A program made the position numbers and the translations under genes. Source: a virus (lineage: Duplodnaviria > Caudoviricetes). From it: a DNA stretch of 64,000 nt. The number at the start of each line of letters is the position of its first letter. The stretch's first letter is position 1. The stretch is taken from IMG/VR virus record IMGVR_UViG_2791355104_000001; one strand, written 5' to 3'. Shown one piece after another: positions 44,506 to 52,549 of the stretch. Under the pieces are notes generated by a model. It had not been told where the DNA came from. It did no database searches and was given only the letters and a program-made list of their open reading frames with translations.

Positions 44506-45718
44506 CATAAATGTTCGTGAATCCAAGCTCTATCTTGATTTCAGGTACTTAAATACGCGATGTAGAGAGCAAACTGCATTGCCAGATACGCGGGCTAACA
44601 GGAAGAAATTAGAAAAGCTACTTAAGCAAATTGAGTCAGATATCCGCTTAAAATGCTTTGTGTACAGCGATTATTTTCCCGATTCTAAAAAGGCTTCGAA
44701 CTTTGTTAAAGATGATGAACAGGCAAGCCGCATAAAGCGAGCGATGCTGGCTACGTATCAAAAGACGTCCAACGCTCTTCAAGGGCACAATAATAGGGCG
44801 TTTGAGGACTTCGCTCAAGAATGGTTTTCTGAAAACGAAGTACGTTGGAAACAGAGCTACGTCAACAGCATGAGAATTTATGTGTTTTCGTATCTCACTA
44901 AAGAGTTTGCGGGTTTTGATGTTAGCGAAATAGATCGCCCGACTATTTTGAAGTACCGAGCCAAACTGATGCAGCCAAAAGCTGATGGTACTCAACTTTC
45001 GACCGACTTTGTAAATCACATCATGACACCCCTTCGAATGATTTTACGCGAGGCTGCTGACAGGTTTGGTTTCCGCTGCCAATTTGAAAATATTGCGCCG
45101 CTTCGCGTAGACCGGCGAGATGTTAATCCATTTTCACTAGAACAAGTGCTAACGTTTTTGAAAACAGTGCGTGTCGACTTTCGGAATTACTACACAGTGC
45201 GCTTTTTTACTGGCATGAGGACAGCTGAAATTGATGGCTTGATGTGGAAGTACGTTGACTTTGACTTGGGCACGATAAGTATCAGAGAGACATTTGTGCA
45301 AGGTCGAATGGATTCAACCAAAACTCGCGGCTCTATGCGCGACATTCAAATGTCGACATTAGTGAAAGAAGCGCTTCAAAATCAGTTGGAAGTTTCTGGT
45401 GATGGGAAGTTTGTTTTTCCGAACTCCCAAGGCAACCCCCTAGATCATGGCAATGTAAGAGACCGCGTTTGGAAACCAACATTGAAAAAAATCGGAATGG
45501 AATACCGTAGGCCTTATGAAACTCGTCATACCGCTGCAACCTTGTGGCTAGCATCAGGCGAGGCGCCCGAATGGATAGCGCGTCAAATGGGTCACGCAAA
45601 TACAAAAATGCTATTTGAGATTTACAGCCGCTACGTACCAAACCTCACTCGAAGAGATGGTTCTGCGTTCGAGCAACTACTTTCAAACGTTCTATGTGAG
45701 GACAGCCAACACTTATAG
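44498..45718 (+). CDS. int: Tyrosine integrase with N-terminal arm-binding (DUF3596-type) domain
   Basis: LYLDFRY...RCRE.T; FFTGMRTAEI, YETRHT, QMGH, YSRY catalytic motifs. Confidence 0.95.
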   Translation: MGSINVRESKLYLDFRYLNTRCREQTALPDTRANRKKLEKLLKQIESDIRLKCFVYSDYFPDSKKASNFVKDDEQASRIKRAMLATYQKTSNALQGHNNRAFEDFAQEWFSENEVRWKQSYVNSMRIYVFSYLTKEFAGFDVSEIDRPTILKYRAKLMQPKADGTQLSTDFVNHIMTPLRMILREAADRFGFRCQFENIAPLRVDRRDVNPFSLEQVLTFLKTVRVDFRNYYTVRFFTGMRTAEIDGLMWKYVDFDLGTISIRETFVQGRMDSTKTRGSMRDIQMSTLVKEALQNQLEVSGDGKFVFPNSQGNPLDHGNVRDRVWKPTLKKIGMEYRRPYETRHTAATLWLASGEAPEWIARQMGHANTKMLFEIYSRYVPNLTRRDGSAFEQLLSNVLCEDSQHL

Positions 45719-45791
45719 TTTTAGCACTTAGTACACTATGAAGGTGAAATAGGTCGGGGCTTATACTGGTATCAACAGAGAGGGCAGAACG

Positions 45792-46643
45792 ATGAAAATT
45801 AATTCATTGCAGCCAGAGCTTTCAGAAGCGAAAAAGCTTGCTCGTTTTAAAGGTTTTTACTGCATGGCTGGTTTCGTAGTTAGATTTAACGAGCATGGTA
45901 AACCGTATTGGGTGATTACGTTAATGGATGCATTTACCCAGTTTGAGATAGTAGCCACGCAGATTGATTGCAATACAAAACACTTTTCTCACTTTGGCTT
46001 TGTTCACGTTGAAGCGACGAAAGTTAAAACAACCGTTGGCGATATATATGTTGCTGACTTTATCTATGCTGTTGATGAAATTCCAGAAAAGTACAGACAT
46101 ATACGCTTAATTCCTAGAGATGCTTCGGCGAATCATGAAGATGTAACGCGCCTGGTTAAAATAGTAGAGTGCGTTGAGTATGAAGCGTTAAGATGCTTTG
46201 TCGCGCACACTTTGATTCAAAGCCGAATAATGGTGCCATTTCTTCGAAACCCAGCAAGCTTAAATTATCATCATAACTATATTGGTGGCTTGTTAAGACA
46301 CAGCATACGAGTGGCTGAGTTATTTGCGAAAAACATGGTTGGTAGAAAAGAAGAAAAGGCTTTAGGTATTGTTGGAGCGCTTCTTCACGATATAGGTAAA
46401 TCCGTCACATTATCTGAATCTATGATCTACACAGCTACAGGAACAATGGTAAACCATGACTCGTTAACGTTAGAGCTTTGTGCTTCAGCGCTGAAATTAC
46501 TTTCCAAAACAAACCCTAGGTATGCTGATATTTTGCGCCATATCTGGACTTGTGAGAAAGAACAGTTTAGGTATTCCACCAAGCTAAATATCGCTTCTCA
46601 GATTCAACGATTCGATAGAGAAGACTCAAAGGAACATTCATAA
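45792..46643 (+). CDS. OB-fold + HD-domain protein (YhaM/Cbf1-like)
   Basis: HHNYIGGLLRHS and LLHDIGK. Confidence 0.8.
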   Translation: MKINSLQPELSEAKKLARFKGFYCMAGFVVRFNEHGKPYWVITLMDAFTQFEIVATQIDCNTKHFSHFGFVHVEATKVKTTVGDIYVADFIYAVDEIPEKYRHIRLIPRDASANHEDVTRLVKIVECVEYEALRCFVAHTLIQSRIMVPFLRNPASLNYHHNYIGGLLRHSIRVAELFAKNMVGRKEEKALGIVGALLHDIGKSVTLSESMIYTATGTMVNHDSLTLELCASALKLLSKTNPRYADILRHIWTCEKEQFRYSTKLNIASQIQRFDREDSKEHS

Positions 46644-46718
46644 AGTAGCGAGTTTATGAAATAGCATTATCGTAGCTCTAAAAGAGGCAAATAGGGCCTT
46701 CCAACAGGAGTAACAGTT

Positions 46719-46886
46719 ATGACGGACAAAGATAAAGAGCATGTCGTCGACTTGCAGCATATTGAGTTTGATAAAAACGGCATTGTGCGACTTGCTCTGT
46801 ACCGAAAAGAAACCCAGAGGGCGTTGTGGAAATCTATGCAGCAGTTTAAAGACATCAAACCCACCGTGCCTAAAAACAAGAAATAG
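46719..46886 (+). CDS. 55-aa hypothetical protein; absent from ORF track
   Basis: MTDKDKEHVVDLQHIEFDKNGIVRL...; AGGAG RBS. Confidence 0.6.
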   Translation: MTDKDKEHVVDLQHIEFDKNGIVRLALYRKETQRALWKSMQQFKDIKPTVPKNKK

Positions 46887-46972
46887 CTTCCTAATCAAAA
46901 CTAAATCCACCAAGAGCGAGAATGTCGAGGAAGCTTGTAGCTCAATCAAAACTTACTATTTGAGGTTCTATT

Positions 46973-47092
46973 ATGGATTATCTTACCCAAATTCTTGAAT
47001 CTGGCTTAATGATTCCTTTCGCCTTTCTCACCGCGGTTATCATTTTAGGTATTGGCATTCTATTAAAAAAAGACTCTGATGATGAGGAGTAG
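46973..47092 (+). CDS. 39-aa single-pass membrane microprotein; absent from ORF track
   Basis: MDYLTQILESGLMIPFAFLTAVIILGIGILLKKDSDDEE; GAGG RBS. Confidence 0.6.
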   Translation: MDYLTQILESGLMIPFAFLTAVIILGIGILLKKDSDDEE

Positions 47093-47143
47093 GTTTGCTG
47101 TCTAAAACGCCTATGGAACTTATCGAATAGGCAGTCATCAACC

Positions 47144-47186
47144 CTATGCGTCATTTTTTGCCGCATAGTTGTTTCATGCTTACAAA
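47144..47186 (+). promoter_or_regulatory. 25-bp palindromic operator and promoter of the ftsZ paralog
   Basis: CTATGCGTCATTTTTTGCCGCATAG (47144-47168), 20/25 identical to the WYL-gene operator; contains -35 TTGCCG. Confidence 0.8.
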
Positions 47187-47210
47187 ACATTAGTTTTCAA
47201 AAGTAAGCAC

Positions 47211-48296
47211 ATGCAAAACATTCGAACCGAAAATATTAATATTCACGTTATTGGTGTGGGAGGCTGTGGTGGCAATGCGGTAAGCAACATGGCCAGTCTT
47301 TGCTCACATGAAAATATCAGGTTTAGCTCTGTTAATACTGATATCGCTGCTTTGCATAGGTGTACAAATCATGAAGTGGTATTGATAGGTGAGGCGACAA
47401 CAAAGGGATATGGAGCCGGTGCTGACCCGGATGTAGCTAGTAACGCCGCCATTCAGAGTAAAGATGCCTTAGTCACATTAATAAAAGATGCTGACCTTAT
47501 TATCATTATCGCTGGCCTGGGAGGTGGCACTGGAAGCGGTGCAACGCCAATCTTGATTGATTTAGCCAAAGAGAGTGATATCGATGTGATGTGCTTTGTT
47601 ACGCTTCCTTTCAAAGCTGAGGGAGGCAAGCGAAGCGACATTGCTAGAAACGCGCTTGAGACAATACAAAGCAAAGCTAACGCAACTCTCGTTATGTCTA
47701 ACGATTCATTGCTTTCTGCACTAGATGAAACCGTAGGGCTTCTCTCTGCATTTCGTCATTGTGACACTCAGATGCACAGAATTGTAGAAGCCATTATCGT
47801 AATGCTCACGAACACGGGTTATATCAACGTCGACATTAACGATTTCAGTCACATTCTTTCTTTAGAAGGGGATACTGCGCTAGGTGTGGGTATAGCTGAA
47901 GACGACAGTTCATTAAGCGCAGCATTAAAACATGCTTTGGAAAACCCGTTAGTCGACAAGCAAAACATAATTGGGGCGCAGGGTGTTATTGCGCAGCTTA
48001 CGTGTAGAGAAGAGCCCAGCTTAGCAATGTATGAAGAAATGCTAGCGACACTCCAATCTTTAGTCGATGGCCCTCAAACTCTTATTATTACAGGCGTAAC
48101 CTTATCTCCAGAATTACCACACTTTGGTGAAGTCTTAGTTATCGCCACAGGTGTGCCTTCTAAGGCTCAAAACTTCGAACAAGAGAAAAATGTGATACCC
48201 ATGAAGCAAGCATCTGTGCCGGGCTCATCAAAAAAAGATGCGGCATACTTGGATATACCTGCCTTTGTTAGGCTGCAGGGTAGGGAGTTATCTTAG
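47211..48296 (+). CDS. ftsZ: Island-borne FtsZ paralog
   Basis: GVGGCGGNAV, VNTD, GAGADP, AGLGGGTGSG, PFKAEG..R, T7 loop NVDIND, C-terminal YLDIPAFVR peptide; no dcw-cluster neighbours. Confidence 0.93.
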   Translation: MQNIRTENINIHVIGVGGCGGNAVSNMASLCSHENIRFSSVNTDIAALHRCTNHEVVLIGEATTKGYGAGADPDVASNAAIQSKDALVTLIKDADLIIIIAGLGGGTGSGATPILIDLAKESDIDVMCFVTLPFKAEGGKRSDIARNALETIQSKANATLVMSNDSLLSALDETVGLLSAFRHCDTQMHRIVEAIIVMLTNTGYINVDINDFSHILSLEGDTALGVGIAEDDSSLSAALKHALENPLVDKQNIIGAQGVIAQLTCREEPSLAMYEEMLATLQSLVDGPQTLIITGVTLSPELPHFGEVLVIATGVPSKAQNFEQEKNVIPMKQASVPGSSKKDAAYLDIPAFVRLQGRELS

Positions 48297-49333
48297 TCTG
48301 AAGGCAATCGTCTATCTTGTACTACTTCTTGTTGGTAAGCGAAGAATAACCTTTCAGAAAGCTCAACAAAATACTGACGCAGTTTTTGAGGGGCGATGAC
48401 CTCTATGTTGTCGCCCAAGCCCCTCAAAAACGCTCGTAATTTATTAGTATCTTTAACTGTCGCAGTCAGCAGAGATTTATCAGCCTGAATAGATTGCGTA
48501 ATTACCTGATCGTCACTCAGTCTGTAGCCGTGAAGTAAAAATAGAGATTTATTTTTAACCAATAGCTGAAGCTTAATGTCTTCTTTGTTGTTCGCTGACA
48601 AGGTTTGGATATTTTCCTGTTCACCAAACTCTTGTTGGCAGTCTTCATCTGTTACGGTAACGTTTCTAATAAACTGTAACGGCAACGCATAGCGTCTTTT
48701 GTGCAGCGAACCAAAAGTGCAGACAAAGAGTTGCCGGCCATCTTGTTTAACCAGCCCCATAGGATTAACTCTGTCGTAGTGCTTCCAAACCATTTCGTTT
48801 CCCCCACTAAAAATACGCTTAATATCGGCAGAAATTTGTTTTTTAAAGAAAATTGCACTTTTTAATCGTTCAAACGAAGTCGCATCTATTTCTGGAGGGA
48901 TAAGCGGCTGGGAAACTTGCGAATCCGCCACTGATCTTAGCCAGTTTGTAAGTAAAGAGTCACTATCTTGCTCTAAGACCTGACTCGCTTTTGCAAAGTA
49001 AGGCTGCATTTCTTTAAGTGTAGAATTTGGCAGCGTGGCACCGGACTGTTCAAGCACTTTAAATGCTAGAGCGGTATTTCCATCCATCAAGCTTAAATTG
49101 AGCTTCTTAAAATAAGCGTTTATAAACCAGCCGTAGGGTTTCGAACGCTTATCAACGTCTAACCCAAATAGCCCAATATTTTCTAGGCTGACTAAGTCCC
49201 GCTGCACCGTGCGCATATCGATATTGTGATGGCCACAGTTTTGTAGATTTTCAAAAATTTGGCGGCTTGAAACTTTTCTAGGAGCAGAAGGCACAAATTG
49301 AAGAATGTCGAGCTTGCGTTGAAATGCACTCAT
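48293..49333 (-). CDS. WYL-domain transcriptional regulator (HTH-WYL-WCX)
   Basis: RTVQRDL HTH, SKPYGW, VNPMGLV..DGRQLFVC WYL core, LRAFLRGLGDNIEVIAP.KLR WCX. Confidence 0.92.
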   Translation of the reverse strand: MSAFQRKLDILQFVPSAPRKVSSRQIFENLQNCGHHNIDMRTVQRDLVSLENIGLFGLDVDKRSKPYGWFINAYFKKLNLSLMDGNTALAFKVLEQSGATLPNSTLKEMQPYFAKASQVLEQDSDSLLTNWLRSVADSQVSQPLIPPEIDATSFERLKSAIFFKKQISADIKRIFSGGNEMVWKHYDRVNPMGLVKQDGRQLFVCTFGSLHKRRYALPLQFIRNVTVTDEDCQQEFGEQENIQTLSANNKEDIKLQLLVKNKSLFLLHGYRLSDDQVITQSIQADKSLLTATVKDTNKLRAFLRGLGDNIEVIAPQKLRQYFVELSERLFFAYQQEVVQDRRLPSD

Positions 49334-49365
49334 TAGGGAGAACTGGCTTTTGCAATTATGACTTC

Positions 49366-49407
49366 ACCATAGCATAGGGACGGTATGCGACAAAAATTGT
49401 CGCATAC
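49366..49407 (-). promoter_or_regulatory. Perfect 11-bp inverted-repeat operator and promoter of the WYL gene
   Basis: GTATGCGACAA-AAA-TTGTCGCATAC (49383-49407); minus strand TTGTCG-16-TATGGT with TG extension. Confidence 0.88.
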
Positions 49408-49481
49408 TGAAAAGCTTTTTGATTTATCGTCGATGTTACAAACCAAGGTTTAAAATCTAAACGTTGATTGATGGGAAAGGC

Positions 49482-49985
49482 TCAATCATCATTTTTAAGA
49501 GCGGATAAGATGGACGCTGGGAACTGTGAGCCAAGCGCATTACTAAGATAAAAAGCAGCGGCAATGGGCATTTCATACAGGTATGACTGTGTGACGTTAT
49601 TTTCTTTGTTAAATAGTAGTGGGGTACACTGTTTGTTGTAATTGAGGATAAAGTCGTCTTTAAATTCTTCCGTGCTTACAGGCGTCTGCAATAAACGAAT
49701 ATTTATATCAATCTTGTTGCCCAAATAATTAGGGTTGGTTGGTTTACGCGTTCCTGGGATTTCACTGTCATACATCGCGGATGTCGCAGTTGCTACGCCT
49801 ACAATGTGCTGTTTGCGGTGCATAAAGACAATATCACCGGGAGAGACTTTTTTAAGCTGCTCCCATCCTGGTCTTTTAAAAGTAATCCCATCTTTACGCA
49901 CACCGAGTTTTGGTGCCCATAAAAAGCTTCCGTCTACGACTTCCTTGTAGCTGCTGTTTACGTTAACCCAAAACACTCTTTTCAT
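49482..49985 (-). CDS. Stand-alone EVE/PUA-like domain protein
   Basis: FWVN..SYKE...FLWAPK, W..LKKVSPGDIVF...IVGVA: resembles modified-DNA-binding N-domains of restriction nucleases. Confidence 0.6.
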   Translation of the reverse strand: MKRVFWVNVNSSYKEVVDGSFLWAPKLGVRKDGITFKRPGWEQLKKVSPGDIVFMHRKQHIVGVATATSAMYDSEIPGTRKPTNPNYLGNKIDINIRLLQTPVSTEEFKDDFILNYNKQCTPLLFNKENNVTQSYLYEMPIAAAFYLSNALGSQFPASILSALKNDD

Positions 49986-50073
49986 CACATTACCTGCTTA
50001 CTTAAAATCAAAGTTCGATTAGCCGACACACGCGGCGATTAATGACAGTTAGTCGGTTCTTTACTGTCTGTTT

Positions 50074-50775
50074 TTAAAAGCCGTCAAAGTCGCTAACGCG
50101 GGCCAAACTATGGCAAAAGTTTGACAATCTGGATGATTCAGATTGAGTCAAATCTGCGGGCAATGCAATGTCAATGGGTGTTTGCGCGTCTAAATAAAAC
50201 GTTAAATCAATTTCGTCTGCGCTCAATTCATCTGGTTCATCGTCTTCAGACATAACCGCAGAGTTTATTAAGTCAGAAAGTCTTCTTGCTTGCGATTCGG
50301 TAAATTTAAAAGGCAACTCGATATTGAAATCATAGTGACGCCTTAAAAGGAGAGAATGGCTGTACCAGTCGTTGTCATGCACATCGTCGGTTTCAACAGT
50401 CGGCTCTGGTGATGTTTCGGCTTGCACGTCACGATACGAATCTTCTTGGCTTTGGTTGTCGGGGTAAAGTGCTATCTCAGCTAAATCCAGCATGTCGTAA
50501 AAAAACTTAAATCTTGCTACATTGCTCCGCGAGCCTTTAATGCGTTTACCGCAGTTGCATCCTTCTAGTTTGCCAAGCGCTTTCCAAAGTGAGCGGTTAG
50601 TGGGCTCATTGTAAAGTCCTCTGGCATTCATGTATTTGGCAATATTCTTTAGCGTGATTTCAGAGCGATTCGTTTGGTATTGCTCTGATAGCGTTGTAAA
50701 AAAGTTATGCAAAATAGATTCTTCTGCGACGATACACTGTAAAAGTTCTTTGTTTAGATTGGGATAATCTGACAT
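50074..50775 (-). CDS. Hypothetical protein with duplicated C-terminal motif
   Basis: IELPFKFTESQARRL and IALPADLTQSESSRL; GGAG RBS before ATG 50775. Confidence 0.7.
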   Translation of the reverse strand: MSDYPNLNKELLQCIVAEESILHNFFTTLSEQYQTNRSEITLKNIAKYMNARGLYNEPTNRSLWKALGKLEGCNCGKRIKGSRSNVARFKFFYDMLDLAEIALYPDNQSQEDSYRDVQAETSPEPTVETDDVHDNDWYSHSLLLRRHYDFNIELPFKFTESQARRLSDLINSAVMSEDDEPDELSADEIDLTFYLDAQTPIDIALPADLTQSESSRLSNFCHSLARVSDFDGF

Positions 50776-50792
50776 GGTTGTCTCCAACTTAA

Positions 50793-51443
50793 TTAATCTT
50801 CAGCGCTAACGAAATTTCTTAATGCATCCAACCCATCGTCGTTGTTTTCATCAACGGTGAGTTCGTCAGTAATTAACTTAACATCGTAGATCTCGCATAA
50901 GAATTGGTGCCAAGTACTTGCTGTGTAAGCTTCGAACTTCTCGGGTACATCTTCATCTGCATTTATTTCATTTGCATAGGCATTAATAACCTCATCTACC
51001 CAAAATGGAACACGTACAATAGTCTCAAAGCTATCTTTGAAAATCGTGGCCATAGGAGCAATCTCTAACTTGCTTGTTTGCTTGTTGAGTGCGCCAACTC
51101 GATTGGATATTTGACGTTCGTTGATTTTGAGTTTCTTTTCCTCATACCAGTGTTTGATATCTGAAAAGCTTGCATAGGAATACACATCCTCACGTTGAGC
51201 GTACTCTTTGGCTGTACTCAAAACCGCGACAATTAGCAAAATTCCATGCTGATTAAATTGTTTCATCGCGTTCACGATTTTTTGCTTTTTCTTATCGTCA
51301 TCAATATTGAGACTCACTGAAGTAGCTTGCGATACAGAGTTCTCTGCTGGTAAAGCCGATGTATTGAAAACTTTCTGATAAAAGAGGGCGACCTCATCAG
51401 CATCGCCAGTGACTTCGATAGTCATTTTTGCGGTTATTGCCAC
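50793..51443 (-). CDS. Hypothetical protein
   Basis: 216-aa ORF, GGAG RBS before GTG. Confidence 0.7.
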   Translation of the reverse strand: MAITAKMTIEVTGDADEVALFYQKVFNTSALPAENSVSQATSVSLNIDDDKKKQKIVNAMKQFNQHGILLIVAVLSTAKEYAQREDVYSYASFSDIKHWYEEKKLKINERQISNRVGALNKQTSKLEIAPMATIFKDSFETIVRVPFWVDEVINAYANEINADEDVPEKFEAYTASTWHQFLCEIYDVKLITDELTVDENNDDGLDALRNFVSAED

Positions 51444-51681
51444 GTAATTAGACTCCTTTGTTCCACGTATTTGTTTAACGAAGTTTACGTAGGTGAATAT
51501 ACACTAAAAGCACAATTTTTGATACATATTTGAATTCAATTTTGGATGTTTTATTGTGTTTAGTTTCGCTGTGTGAAATTATAAACCAAACTGGTAGGTG
51601 GGCTGCGACCTTTAAACTGGTGGTTACACAAAGGTGTGTCAATTGAGTTGGTAATTGAGTTGCATTTTGAAAGCGGCTGTT

Positions 51682-52287
51682 CTATAAAACTCTAAACTCA
51701 CCAAGCCATTTTTTTCTGATTACGAAAATATCTTCTGACGTAAAGTTATACGGTTTCGATGGCCCAGGGTTTCTAGAGCTGTCAATAGTAAGCTCGTAAA
51801 GTGGAATGATACTTTTTTCGTTATCGGAATCGAGCATATGTAAGCCTTTGTCAGAAACGTTCTTAACAACTGACCAATGGCCCCCTGTCTGATGGTCGTA
51901 GCCGACAATGCAAACACAGTTTTTTGCGTTATCGGCTTGAGCTATCTGCTCAAGTACTTGTTTTCTATTGCGCGACGTGTCGTTTAACCAATATGGAATA
52001 GAAAAGTCAAATTCATAGAGTTCTTGAGTTTTATCATGGTACATATCGAAATGGGAATTAAGGTAGTCTAGCACTCGGCTTAGCGTATTCTTTATGGTCC
52101 CTCGTCTAGTACCATTAAAATAACTCATATAATCGCCATCTCTTAGGAATGCGGCCAGTACTTGACTAAAAAGTTCAGGCTTATCAAGGCTGGGCTCAAG
52201 TGCGTGGATAGCGTTAACAATGGCATAGAAGCCGCAGGCACCATCTAGCTCTCCTTGCTTGGCTGGTTTTATTCTTTGTAAGCTCAT
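51682..52287 (-). CDS. Papain-like (C39-type) cysteine peptidase
   Basis: QGELDGACG (Q, C), GGHWSVV (H), LDSD (D). Confidence 0.7.
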   Translation of the reverse strand: MSLQRIKPAKQGELDGACGFYAIVNAIHALEPSLDKPELFSQVLAAFLRDGDYMSYFNGTRRGTIKNTLSRVLDYLNSHFDMYHDKTQELYEFDFSIPYWLNDTSRNRKQVLEQIAQADNAKNCVCIVGYDHQTGGHWSVVKNVSDKGLHMLDSDNEKSIIPLYELTIDSSRNPGPSKPYNFTSEDIFVIRKKWLGEFRVL

Positions 52288-52549
52288 AAGTAATATCCTT
52301 ATTTCGACAGAAAACTGGTTTTAATTGTATAGGCCTCTTCAAGGCTATAACTATAACCATCATTGCCATATTGTACTTTTATATATAGCTCAGAGACTTA
52401 ACGCTTTAATGCTATACTTTAGTCTAGTATAAAAATGGCTGTCCAATTATAATTTAGTTAAATCAAAGAAATTGAACACTTAATTTTTCAACAGTATTCA
52501 AATCTTATCGAGTCATTCTGCAAGTGCGTGAAACCAGGGATGGAGTTGT

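Noticed and set aside
45792-46643. MOBH relaxase
   Set aside because: Short, has an OB-like N-terminus as in YhaM, and no oriT or coupling protein is seen; not fully excluded
47211-48296. Housekeeping chromosomal ftsZ
   Set aside because: No ftsQ/ftsA/lpxC context, divergent motifs, and location inside an island
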